Shown here piece after piece: positions 40,350 through 52,828 of a stretch of DNA of 64,000 bases (positions are counted from its first letter, which is position 1; each line of letters begins with the position of its first letter). The notes under the pieces are model-generated. The model was not told the origin of the DNA, did no database searches, and worked only from the letters and a program-made list of their open reading frames with translations. Source of the DNA: Parasitella parasitica NRRL 2501. Taxonomy: Eukaryota > Fungi > Mucoromycota. Both the position numbers and the translations under genes were made by a program. Location: NCBI GenBank assembly GCA_025201805.1, contig MU619237.1, positions 139,996 to 203,995 on the forward strand. Direction: 5' to 3'.

Positions 40350-42609
40350 GTTTAAACAAATACAGCCAAGAGTAAAAAACAATAAGAAAAGAAAAGGATT
40401 TCTTTATGATGTGCTATTTTTATAAGCAGTTGCCTCTAACTCTCTCCTTGACAATGTTCATGTACACTCCGAGTATTGTTTCTGATTACTGCTTATAGTA
40501 AAGACTTTTTTTGTCCTATATTTTTAGACCTGACGTTTCCAAATGATGAATATATGAACACAAATAAGGCCCGTAATGACACATTTAACTCATCAGTCGT
40601 ATTTTATCCATCAAACAAACAATATGGCGAATAAAAGTGTTGGGTCAGTTTGTTGTTCTCAAATTCAACAAACATGCAAATTAGTGTAACTTGCAGTCAA
40701 AAACAACATGATTCTCCTTTATGAACAGCACATCCGAATATTCTTTTTATTTGTTGCTCTCCTTGTTCCATACACTGTGAAACACACGCCCTAATCAGGC
40801 AAATAAATAGTCAGCTTGATTTTTGCTCTCAAATAGCTGGCCAACCTTATTTTAATGCGGACGCATGACCCTCAAAATGTCTGTTGCAAGATGTTTTTTT
40901 TTAGCATGTCTCAAGTAAATAAACCTCTTTGCCACCTTTCATATGTGCATTCAGAGCAAAACCTCCATCATTTATTGTAAAAAAATCTGCAAAGCACAGT
41001 CATAATTATAACTGTTACAATAAACAAAGCATTCAAAGGAAAAGCTTCATATTGAGGTTAGCTTGAAGTCATTGGAAGACTAGCACCTTGCCAGATCTTG
41101 ATGGACTATTTTCTTGATTATGGTATCTCTTGAGCAACTTTTCAGACAGCACAGGAAGAATACCATGAAATTAATATTTAACAAATATTTAAAGTATCCG
41201 TAATAAGCCATGTCAAGTGTGAGGCGGGAGAAAATATAAAGAAATTAAAAAGAAACAAGAGTAGTATATACTCTATACCACCGATAAGTTGCGTCGTACG
41301 CGGAAATCTGAGTATTATGCTGAGGAGTGAAATTTAATAAGTCAATGCTGAACAGTCGTTGAAGAGGTTCTACTTGTTGATTGAATTTGACATGTATTCA
41401 ATGTAGAACCCAATAATATACAACAAGATGAAGGTAAAGTAGAGGCTTTGATAATACCATTTTATTTTTGCATATCGTTAGATAAGGCTGAAACGGTTGA
41501 AAACTTTGCATTTACCAAAAAACAAAAGAAAGAGAAGTGACGCCAAATGACAAAGTTAGAACAGAATTGTCTGCATTGAAGAAGTAAAAACGATGTAGAC
41601 GTGGTTCGGTAGAACACTTGCGTATTGAAAATAAGGATTGCCCTTTATATCAAAAACGTAAATCAGTGCAAGATGGTTATTATTACAGCCAGAACACTTT
41701 TGCTTTATTTATACACTACCATATACGCCACTTACTGAAAGAGAAGACCGAAATTCCACAATCAAAAAACTACTTGTATACACCCTTCATATCAAACAGC
41801 CTAACTATAAAAAATGTGTGTTTGGAGGTCAAAATTGACCTGGAGCAGATTATGTCGAGGTTGAAGCTTGGGCATAATAGGCTTAAATTTCTCTGCTATA
41901 CCTTTCCTTCGTCTTCTGTTTAGCTTCGCTTCAATTCCTTCTACTTTTGCCTATCATCTCCTTTGTTTTTGTCTTACCTTGCCTTTCCTTTTGGAAATAT
42001 CCTCTATGTATATCGGATTGTTTATAACTTATTTCTGGATGTAATAGGATCTGAGCTAACTTATATGAATATCATTCTATATATTATTGTTTGACATTTG
42101 CCATTCATTACTGGTAAATGACGGGTAACTTACTTATCACATCTTGGATTAAGACTACATTTCATCGTTACTATCCGAGTACAAATTCAGCAACACATTC
42201 GTTAGGTCAAGCTGACCTGAAGTTGGTGTTTAATAAGTCTGAATGTCTACAATTTTGATCCTATAAACCGAAGGACGAAAAATCGCAGATTCGTTTCGGT
42301 CGAGAAAAGATTTTGCTTTTTTACAGAGATAGTTGATATACAGCCGTGAAGAACATATGGGGTTGTATTTATTAATTTAATTAATCGGTTATTTGAGTTT
42401 ATACGTTTCTATCTGCTCCAAATGGAGATGCTTCTTTCTAGAAAGTTTCAAGAAGCTACCATTTCAAGCTTGAAATTTGATAGTGTAAAAATATATATTG
42501 ATGATAGTACTGTAACCTACATGGCTCAATGCAAAAAAAAATTTGACGTAAAATAATTAATGAGTATATTGTAAATTCGTGATATTTTCTTGGGATATTT
42601 AATAGCAAA

Positions 42610-42926
42610 GATTTGATGCATGATTTGAGATCGAATGGCAACATGCTGCTGAGCTTGAATTTACCACTGCAAATATAAGCCTTTAGCAGTGAACCATCTA
42701 TCTTCAATTGAAGAGCAAACATGAACTCCACAAGCAATCGGGTTATGTCTTGATATGAATCAATAACCAAGATTTTGTGAAATATTATTTTAAAAACTAT
42801 TTTTATGTAGCTTTATGCTTCGGTTAAAATAAATGCCACTTAATTATGACCATCACCTTTGTCCCCGCTTAAAAGTATAATCTCCAATCTCTGATATCTT
42901 TACAAACCATTAAGCGATAGAGGCAC
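42610..42926. repeat. Diverged ~315-bp direct repeat, copy 1
   Basis: Aligns along its length with 44065-44378; shares an identical 23-mer CAATCTCTGATATCTTTACAAAC, plus CTGCTGAG and TTCAATTGA. Confidence 0.75.
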
Positions 42927-44064
42927 AACCTTCAGCCAAAGTCTTCTTTTTTTGCAGCATTTTACAACATATCCAAGTTTTATGAACCTCTTGCCATTTT
43001 CAGATTTTGCTATGTTAGGACCCCAAACCTCAGATTCGATTTTCAGTTTTCAACTTTGGGTCAACCTTCAGGGTCATTTTTAGGTACGGATTTGGGGTCC
43101 AAGCCAAGTATACATCTAAGTAGTGGTATGATAACTGTAACTCACCACGTCTCCCGATTGTCGATATCTATCTTTGCTGTCAAGATATTCCCAAACCCAA
43201 ATTTTGCAGATTTTCCAAATTTTACAGCATATGTTCCTATAGCAAGTACCAAATTTTGCAATTAAATTATGTTTAGGTTCCTAAGTAAATTAATAGAAAA
43301 TGCTTTGCTACACCTACTGGTATTAAATATGTCAAAATGAAGCTTGAATTCGACAAGCTTCAGCAAATTTTGACATTTTACGTTATACTTTGTCCGCTTT
43401 TTTCTCAACAGACTACTAAGACACTTTAGCTTGAGCTATTATTAAGATCTTTTTGAAAATTGATTCTCTATTAGATGTATTAGTTTTTAGATAGATATTT
43501 AGAAAAAAATATTTTTTCATATGTTTTTAGCAGAAGCTTATTTTATTTTCATAACTTTCAGAGCAATAAATGGTAAATAAAGATACATGATATAGCAATA
43601 CTAAATTGGAGCTACAAAATAGCTACCAAATGGTTTTTGTTTGGTCAAAAAATAGCAATTTTTGAGCGAGATAATGGCGAAAAACAGTGTGGTTTTTTTA
43701 CCCTTTTGAATGGCTTCATTTTGGCCCTCTAAGTATAGGGCCCGAAAATCGTTGATTCATTTTGGTCGAGACAAGATTTTGATTTTTGGCAGAAATAATA
43801 AAGCTACAGTTATAAATAAAATATTGACGTGTAGGTATTGACATGATGGTTTGTTTGATTAACTTTATAGAGCTAAATGTTTTCAAAATATGCTTCCTTT
43901 CACTCAAAAAGTATCAAAAAAGGCGTTTTTTGAATATTTAAAAATTGGTAATAATAAAAAGTGTTTCAATAGACTTATAATCTATACGGTTAGATGCAGA
44001 ATTTATTTCTGTTATAAAACACGTAGTACGTATATCCGATATACCTATTAAATTCTTGAGATAT

Positions 44065-44378
44065 CTAGCGAAACTCGTTTGGGCCAAATGGAAACACACT
44101 GCTGAGATTCAATCTGCCGCCTATTTTGTAGCTGTAGATGAGGGCACCAACTATTTTCAATTGAGGAGTAAAGCATGACTCTAATAGGTAACTTGGGTAT
44201 GTCTCAACATAAATCGATATCTGAGATGCTGTATAATACGGGCTCAAAAACCATTTTTGTATGCCTTCATTTTTGGATGAAATAATTACCACCAAATCTA
44301 AAATATTACCTCTTTTCCCGCTTAAAGTCCTATAATGCAATCTCTGATATCTTTACAAACTAATAAATGATAGACACT
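44065..44378. repeat. Diverged ~315-bp direct repeat, copy 2
   Basis: Collinear with 42610-42926 in the same orientation. Confidence 0.75.
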
Positions 44379-45124
44379 ATTATTGCTTAGTCCTTAATCT
44401 TCCATTTCAAGTGTTTATAAACCACGACGCTCATATTCTGAAGTTTTTCATAGTAGTAAAGGTCTTTAGATCATATGCGTTTCTAGCTTTTCGACGGCAC
44501 CAGCAAGTTACACGATTTTATGTAACGTCAGGTCTAGCGACTACTCGTATTTTGATTAGATTATACTAACGCTGCGTATGTGAAAAAGATGAGTATGCAT
44601 TTGTATGCTGTCATTGGTGAGATGACAAGTAAAACCAAAGTGTGTGTGTGTAAAAGATAAACGTTTAGCCTTTACAAATATGCGAGTTGTGTTACTATAC
44701 TTTTACATGAATTGTGGATGCAATGCTGCTTGCTTGCATTCACAACTTGTTGTATATCCAGCAGGCGGTATTCATACTGCTGGTATGCAGTTGTAGGATG
44801 CTTTGGATGCCATAGATATACCCTTTGTTTTGACGTTCAAAACGAAAGCAAAACTATTGGACTGTCTAGTCAAATTTTCTTACCTTAAACGTTTAAAAGC
44901 ACTGTATGATAAAACCTTATTTCGTTTAGCCGATGGTGATTGATAGGCTTGCAATGATGTCAAATCAAACGCATTAGACAGCAGTTTTTTCCCCACATTA
45001 TTTTGACACGGTGGATTTAGAAAATATAGCTCTCTCGGGAAAAAATAACAAAACAGCAAACATATAAAAAGGGATGCAGTCAGTTTGGCTGATTCGCCTT
45101 CTTTCCATCCATTAAACATCAAAA

Positions 45125-46892
45125 ATGTCTTTGAATAACATGAACAACAATTCTTCATGCGCCGTTGAAGGCGTCAGCATTTTGGGCTCCTTCAATCAAG
45201 AGCAAGCGCAAATATTGTCCACAGACGCAATGAGGTTTATTGCGACTCTCCAGCGTACATTTAATGCTACTAGAAAGGACCTGCTGCACAGACGAGACCT
45301 TCGCCAAAGAGAGATTGATCGAGGCGTGCTGCCCGACTTCTTGCCTGAAACAGCTTATATTCGAGATGATCCTAACTGGAGAGCTGCAAAACCTGCACCC
45401 GGGCTGCAAGATCGTCGAGTTGAGATCACTGGGCCTGTCGATCGCAAAATGGTCATCAACGCTCTGAATTCAGACGCTTTGACTTACATGGCTGATTTTG
45501 AAGGTAAAAGTAAAATTGAGACCGCAAATATGCTCCACCTGATATTAACCAACAAATGGTGCAGATTCAACCTCTCCCACCTGGGACAACGTGCTCAATG
45601 GTCAGCTCAACTTGCGCGATGCTGTCAACGGAACAATCTCATTCACAAACCCTGCTGGCAAGAAATACCGACTGAATGAGAATCCTGCTACGTTGATTGT
45701 AAGACCCAGAGGATGGCACATGCTGGAAAAGCACATTCTCGTTGATGGAGAGCCCATGTCTGCCTCCATCTTTGATTTTGGTCTCTTCTTTTTTCACAAT
45801 GCAAAGAGCCAGATTAAAAATGGCTTAGGCCCCTACTTTTACCTGCCTAAAATGGAGTCGCATCTGGAGGCAAGGTATGTTGATAAGGCAGCTATTCACA
45901 TTTAAAGACATGGCGCCTAAGAAAAATGCATTAGGCTATGGAACGATATTTTCAATTCGTCCCAGGATATGTTGAATATCCCACGTGGCACTATTCGCGG
46001 CACTGTATTGATTGAAACCATACTGGCGGCCTTTGAGATGGACGAAATTATATACGAGCTGAGAGAACATTCCTCTGGTTTGAACTGCGGCCGTTGGGAT
46101 TACATCTTTAGTTTTATCAAAAAGTTCCGTCAGTATCCACAGTATGTCCTGCCTGACCGTGCTGATGTGTCCATGACGGTGCCCTTTATGAGCGCCTACG
46201 TCAATCTTTTGATCCAAACCTGCCATAAACGCGGCGTTCATGCCATGGGTGGTATGGCCGCGCAGATACCCATTAAAAATAATGTTCAAGCCAACAACAC
46301 TGCCATGGAAAAAGTAAAGGCTGATAAACTGCGCGAGGTTACTGCTGGCCACGATGGCACCTGGGTCGCTCACCCGGATCTTGTTAAAATTGCTCTTGAA
46401 ATCTTCAACGAACACATGCCTCAGCCCAATCAGCTATTCAAGAGACGCCAAGATGTATCTGTCACGCAAAGGGATCTTTTGAACATTGATTTCCAAGGCA
46501 AGATCACTGAACACGGCATCCGTGACAACATCCAGATAGGCCTAATCTACATGGAGTCTTGGCTGCGAGGAAGCGGCTGCGTGCCAATTCATCATTTGAT
46601 GGAGGATTGTGCAACGTACGAAATTAGCAGGTCTCAATTGTGGCAATGGGCTCACCATCAATCTGTAACTGCAGAAGGCAGAAAAATCACAGGCGACTAT
46701 TGCTTGCAGGTGCTTGACGAAGAGATCGACCGCATCAAGCAAGAACTGGGTTCCAAGTATGAAACTTCTAAATACGAAGCTGCCAAGGCTGCCTTTGCGA
46801 CCAACATCACAGGCGAACGATACGACGATTTTGTCACTACCATGCTATACGACGATATTCTCTCGATTCAGTCAACGAAACCTCGCCTATAA
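45125..46892 (+). CDS. MLS1: Malate synthase A (glyoxylate cycle), peroxisomal
   Basis: [75 protein letters not shown]; C-terminal PRL is PTS1-like; two introns. Confidence 0.97.
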
Positions 46893-47130
46893 AAGCTCTC
46901 GTCTCCTTATATTTCTTTTAATCCTCACCCCCCCCATCCCCCCCACCCCCAACCCCCCTACTAGACATATTATAACCACCCATTCACCCCGATTATAATC
47001 TGAGTGATCGTTATAAATAAACACCTTTGTTTGAAGGACCGGCAGTTATTTTGAGTCTTGTATTGCAAGAGGGATCGACGCCTTTTTCTTTTGGTTTCTT
47101 TCCTCTCCTTATTTTTACCCGTTTGAAATA

Positions 47131-48506
47131 ATGGCGTTGCCAAAGGCTGTGAATTACTTTCTTGCAGTATATCTGGTATGTTCTATTCTGTACACATCTT
47201 CATATCTGCTAGGCTTCAAAAGAAGCCCGTTCCAAAAAAATCGAGTGCCTGAAACAAGTGTTGCCAGCTTGCAGCAACACTATCTCGGCAAACAGCAAGT
47301 GGACTGGAAGAACTCACTTGGTAAAAACTCACAATTTCGTGTTTCTTCCTTGCAAGGTATTCTCAATTTTTTTTTTCTCCCTTAGACCAAATTGTCGAAT
47401 CGACTCCAGAGGATCTTGTTCTCAGCAAAGTGTTTTCAGAGACAATGGGTCCTTCCAAAGTCATCCCATATTACTTTAGAGCCACCGAAAGCTTTGATAG
47501 CCAAGAAATCACCATGGCTACTCTGGTCACCTACAACCGTTTCAAGGTGTTGAGTAGACTCGCCTCCCATTACAAAGGTCCTGTTTCTGTTGCTATTCAC
47601 GTTAACGATGACGACACCAAACAAAAGATATTGACTGATTTGCATCAACTCTATGAAGAGAACGAAGATTTAAGACGCTATGTCGACCTCCACTTGGTTG
47701 TTGATAAGTTTGATCGTCAGTTCAACATGTGGCGCAACGTTGCCAAATTCTTTGCTCGAACGGATTACATCATGATGTTGGATGTGGATTTCTACCTCTG
47801 CACAGACTTTAGAAAATCGCTCAAACAGCAGCCGGAATTGATGGAGCTGTTACGAGCTGGCAAAGCTGCTATCGTCGTGCCTGCTTTTGAATACGTCGAC
47901 GAAAGCGATGGCGAAGATTGGAACGATTTCCCCAAGAACAAGAAGGAGTTGCTTGTCGATGTGAACTCTCAAAGACTCGACATGTTCCACAGAGGTTGGA
48001 AGCGTGGACACGGCTCAACAGATTATGGAAAATGGTACAAGCAAGCAAAACCCTACAAGGTAACAGACTACAATTACTCTTACGAGCCGTATGTCATCTT
48101 CAAAAAGGAGGGTAGTCCTTGGTGCGATGAACGCTTTGTTGGCTATGGAGCTAACAAGGCCGCTTGTTTGTTTGAAATCTTTCTGGCCGGCATTGATTAC
48201 TGGGTCCTTCCTAACGATTTCCTGATCCACCAAACCCACCACTACCCTGAAGACACCAGAGCAAAAGAAGTAAGTGATATGTGCTGGCTACAAATCGCAG
48301 AGTACTGACAAAGCAAATAGCGTACATACAACAAAAAGCTATATGATTATTATAGAGAAGAGACCTGTCTTCGCTATGCTCGCATGATGATTGCAGCTGA
48401 CGAATGGGAGACGCCAAAGTCTGCCAATCTCAAGAAGGAATGTAATGGAATTCGTGGTTTCAAGGATGTTATTCAAAGGGTTGCAGCAGAGCATAATGAA
48501 TTATAA
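47131..48506 (+). CDS. Glycosyltransferase family 49 (LARGE/B4GAT1-like), type II membrane protein
   Basis: N-terminal TM helix; YKGPVSVAIHV, RQFNMWRNVAKFFARTDYIMMLDVDF (DxD), VVPAFE, SYEPYVIF, WCDERFVGYGANKAACLFE and FLIHQTH; two introns; ends EHNEL. Confidence 0.92.
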
Positions 48507-49908
48507 GCTATGGAAGTTATTTTACCCATGCTATTTGTATATAATGATAGCTTTATTTCATATCTATTCCCCCTTTTTTTCTTTACTATTTTCCCATAAA
48601 ACTATATATATTTAGATATTAAATCACTTTTCTACCTTGTTGATCCCGCAAATGATGAAACCGATTCAAGCTGGATCAAGACAAAACACTAGGAATCAAT
48701 GATAGAACCGTACTAAAGTGACGTCAAAACCAACCTGAATTAGTTTCTTTTGCAGGCACAGTGGGGTGTCGTACTCTTGAGTACTTCATGCATTGGGCTG
48801 TCAAACTCCCCTGGTAACACTGTGTGTGGGTCATCCGTTGTTGCTACATCGTATTGATCCGACATTTCGTTGATGGCTTTTTATTATCGTCCGAGGTCAT
48901 TAGCAGAGAATCCCCTATCTTGAATATGTATCTAATATGAACGACAGTAATCCAAATCAAAAAAAAAAAAGTAGATGCATATAACAATTTTATAATTTAC
49001 AACACACATGATGATATTCTGATGCTCAACTTGAAACGGAAAACACGCGACGTGTACACACTACTGTACCAAATCACATAGTGATATAATTCTTTGAATG
49101 TATCAGATACTCCATTTTCTCTCAGATATTCAACAAGCGTTATCCATCATCAGAGATCTTTTGCTTTTAGCGGACAGAAAAATCTTGTATATTTCTCTTA
49201 AAAATACAAACATGCAATATATCCAAAACTAACCCATTCATTGTATAAAATGTCTTGTTTACTGATCCATCTTCCTACGCGTAAATTAGATGCTACCCAA
49301 AGGATAGGTGTTTCAGTATTTATATTTCAGCAATACATGCTTACTAGTCAACAGTTTTTATTATTTCATAGTCATAATAGCATTATATTCCAAGGTCAAA
49401 CCGTTATATGCACTGCAAGCTAGTTGAATTCCACTAGATATGTGAGTCCTCTTTGCATTCTAACGAACCAATTGAAAGCTTTATCTGTCTCTGGCACCTT
49501 CGGTGATCTGATAAAGATTTATGATCAGCAAAACATCAGCCCTTATCAGATCTTGGATCAACTAAAATCCGAAAAAAGAATTTTTTATTTTATACTTCTT
49601 AACAAGGGGGAAACTATAGTAACTTGAAATAGTAAATAGTGCAAGAAAAAATTAAACCAGAGAACTGAAAAATCAAGCAGCATCCCCCGAGGCAAGAAGC
49701 AGAAATCTTCTTTTGTTCGAAATGAATCGGGTAGGACTGCCTCGAGGGAGATGATATCCACTTGTTTGAACCGGCAAGAGGAGAGTTGTCGAGGTGGTGA
49801 TACCAAAAAGAGATTGCAGCGGCTTTGGTCGTCTTGTCATCCTCGGCTTCTTCTTTCCAATAGAAAAGAAAAAAGCAAAGGAGGGGGTCTTTAGCAAGAA
49901 CTTTGGTT

Positions 49909-50716
49909 TCAATAAGAGCTGCCAGCCTTCTTGGAGGTTGACTTGTTGACAAAAGTGCCAGAAGTAGCAGTAGAAGAAGCAGATTGTTCAGGTTCCTTCT
50001 TGGCTTCATCACTACCTTGTTCCTCTTCGCATTCTTCTTCCTCTGCCTCTTCAGCAGGCTCTGGCTCGCCATTTAGCTTACGATTAACTTCTTCAAGAGA
50101 TGCATTGTAAGCGAAAATGTTGGTTTGATTGAAAGGATTATCAGAAGATTTTTGGAATTCCTTGTACATAATTTCCTTGAGTTGGCTCAAACGAAGACCA
50201 GGATATTGAGCTCTAAAGTTCTTAAGCTCTCTTTGCTCGAATTCCTTCAATGCGTTTTTGAAACGACGTTCAGGATGCTTCTCAATATCCTTTTCAGTGA
50301 GAATCGGCTTGGTCTTTTTGAGCTCGTCGTCTACATGCAACGAATTAGATACAGCAGACTTCTTGGCAGGAGTTTTTTCAGTAGTAAAGATAGGCTTCTT
50401 AGTATAATTGGGCTTAGGAGCTTTAGGCTTGCTTAGAACCTTCTCTTCCTCCTCCTATAAAGATGGTTAATGAAATTGAATATCAAATAAATTGCTTACA
50501 TACCAAAATCTTTTTCATTTCAAGTTTCTTTGCAAGAGCAGCAGCCTTCTTCTCAGCCTCGAGCTCCTTCTTGTCACTCTTCTTGGCACCCTTTGCCCAC
50601 TTTGCATCTTCTTTGGACTCTAATTCGGCTCTCTTTTGCTGCTCTTTTTCAGCTTTAGAGCTAGCCTTACGATTGTTGGCGGCTTCGACCTTGGTGTTAA
50701 TTCCTTTTCTGGCCAT
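49909..50716 (-). CDS. CCDC124: CCDC124/Oxs1/Lso2-family ribosome-associated coiled-coil protein
   Basis: GINTKVEAANNRKA...EDAKWAKGAK and IEKHPERRFKNALKEFEQREL...PGLRLSQLKEIMYKEFQKSSDNPFNQ; one intron near 50456-50502. Confidence 0.92.
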
Positions 50717-51604
50717 TTTGATAGTATAGTTGTAATGTTTATAAACAAAAGATGGGTGTGTGATGAAGAAACGAAACGTTATCAGATCTTTTTCATCCCC
50801 CCCCCTTTATATACCTTTTTTTCTGCAATCCGATTTGCTGCTATTGAAATAGCATCTGTTAGTAAGCGCAGCAAAATGTCTTGGTTCCAGAATGTTTATT
50901 AATCTGTTTTCTGTCTTGAAAGAAATGAGCTTCTTATCACTGACAAATGCGTAAAGTTGGCCAAATATTAAATGATAAATTAGTTATTATCAACGGCAAT
51001 TTCCAGATGCTCAAAATGATGTGTTTTCCAAAATAGGCACACTTGTTTTAAATCATCACGTCGATACATCTGTGTGCCAACTTTTATTAGTCATCATGAA
51101 TTTTATCTTTTTCTGTATCAGAGGGGATATCTCCAACACGGCGAAATAACGCTTCGTACCATGATATATAACCTGTTAACGAATGAGATCACTTTCAATC
51201 TTCAATGAGACGATATACCAAAAATCAGCAATTAACCCACCCAAAAGTTTTCGGTTGCAAACATGATGGTAGATAAACCACAAGTACTTTGGAAGACATT
51301 ACGAGTCAAGAGGTGCTATGAAAGAACCAACCAAAGCATTTGTCAACTTTATTCTCGTTGGATTGTGTGTGTTTATTATTAATGATTTCTAACTTCAGGG
51401 CTCTAACAATAAACGAGATTTCGTGGCAAGTCAAGACTTAATTTTACCGTCTCAAATGCAGGGAAATATTCAGTATCGGTATCGGTAGCGCATTTTTTGC
51501 ATTTTCTGAAAAATCCACTCTCGCTTTAATTTCTCACTCTTTTTCGTTTCTCTGTATGCAATATGAACATTGAAGGGAAATAAGTATGTAAGCTAGTTAG
51601 AATA

Positions 51605-52273
51605 CACTATTTTCAGAAATTATTCGCACAAGCTGAGGAAAAAATTGCTCATATTTTATTTTACTTTCTGCACGCTTTTTATTTTATTTTTTGCACACTT
51701 TTAAAAATAATATTTGCACACTTGTAAGAATAGTTTTTGCACACTTTCTTAATTAATTCCACACAGTTTTTAAAAAGACATTACTTGAATGAACTTTCAG
51801 TTTTACCACGAAGATGGACATGGCAACACTGTAGATGAGCACGGCAGAGAGCCTGTCTTGATGGATGTAGACAATGAGGGTTATCTTCCCCCTTATTCGC
51901 CTGAGCTAAATCCAATTGAGCAATTCTGGTCAGTTGTAAAGAGTAAATTAAAAAAGGAAAAGCTCTTGCAGAGCGAAACTCTTAATATGAGAATCGCTGA
52001 AGCTTGTCATAATGTTCTCTTTAGCGACTTGGAAGGATTCTGTCGCTATTCTGCTTCAAAATTTGAGACCTGCTTCAATAAAGAACCTCCATAATTTAAT
52101 TTGCACACAGTGTGCAAAAAGCCAAATTCGTGAGTGTGCAAAAACTACTCTTACAAGTGTGCAAATATTATTTTTAAAAGTGTGCAAAAAATAAAATAAA
52201 AAGCGTGCAGAAAGTAAAATAAAATATGAGCAATTTTTTCCTCAGCTTGTGCGAATAATTTCTGAAAATAGTG
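51605..52273 (+). mobile_element. Non-autonomous Tc1/mariner deletion derivative (669 bp) with 141-bp TIRs and TA target duplication
   Basis: TIRs 51605-51745 and 52133-52273 (CACTATTTTCAGAAATTATTCGCAC...) show one mismatch; TA at 51603-51604 and 52274-52275; the internal ORF carries YLPPYSPELNPIEQFW. Confidence 0.96.
51789..52094 (+). pseudogene. Internally deleted Tc1 transposase (N-terminus fused in frame to C-terminus)
   Basis: MNFQFYHEDGHGNTVDEHGREP...MDVDNE joins directly to GYLPPYSPELNPIEQFWSVVKSKL; the HTH and first two catalytic Asp residues are missing. Confidence 0.9.
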
Positions 52274-52291
52274 TACGTATGTTATTTTTTA

Positions 52292-52816
52292 GTCATAAAC
52301 GCTGTACGGCACTCGGAGTTCATTAACCTTGTTGCTAAATCAATTTTGAAAGAGGATGGTCTTGCGTTCAGTTTTGTTCGTGGAGAGTTTTTAACCGACG
52401 GTTCCTATTTTATTCTTTATCAAGCTCAATCAAGCGCAATCCTTTTGGAGATTCAGCCGAACGTCACGAGAATATCGTTGAAACAATCAATTGAGAAATG
52501 CTTGGAGGTACAGAACCATATTAACGTTTAACCTTTTCTCGTTCTTCTTTGTACTGGCAAGATTCCATTGTCAGTAAAATCAATGTTGTTGCCCGATTTG
52601 CAAAATTCTCATTGGCAAATATTGGATAGCTCTGTCTGGGCGAAAAAGTGCCTAGTTATCTCCAAAGATGGAATTAACTTTAGCAAAGACGAAGCTAATA
52701 AACACCTTGACTCTCTAGTAGTATTTGCTTTGTATTTTTCTGAAGATGAAGAACAGAAACTGAAACTGCGAAATATTGGTGATCCCACGATGCAATTTAC
52801 ACATGCCTTTCATTAA
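52292..52816 (+). pseudogene. Transposon-associated nuclease-like gene, copy A (one in-frame stop, 3' truncated)
   Basis: ORFs 52271-52531 and 52568-52816 are in one frame separated by TAA 52529-52531. ILLEIQ...SIEKCL...PFLVLLC...WAKKCLVISK...LDSLVVFALYF...DPTMQ parallels copy B. Confidence 0.7.
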
Positions 52817-52828
52817 AAGCAGTATTAA

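Noticed and set aside
44666-44676. U5 snRNA loop-like GCCTTTAC
   Set aside because: One T short of the invariant GCCTTTTAC, with no supporting stem.
39005-48506. PPase, malate synthase and GT49 as a metabolic gene cluster
   Set aside because: No shared pathway, and they are separated by repeat-filled DNA; adjacency is most simply chance.
48652-48739. C/D box snoRNA candidate (ATGATGA...CTGA)
   Set aside because: No terminal stem and no rRNA-complementary guide I could identify; the motifs are expected by chance.
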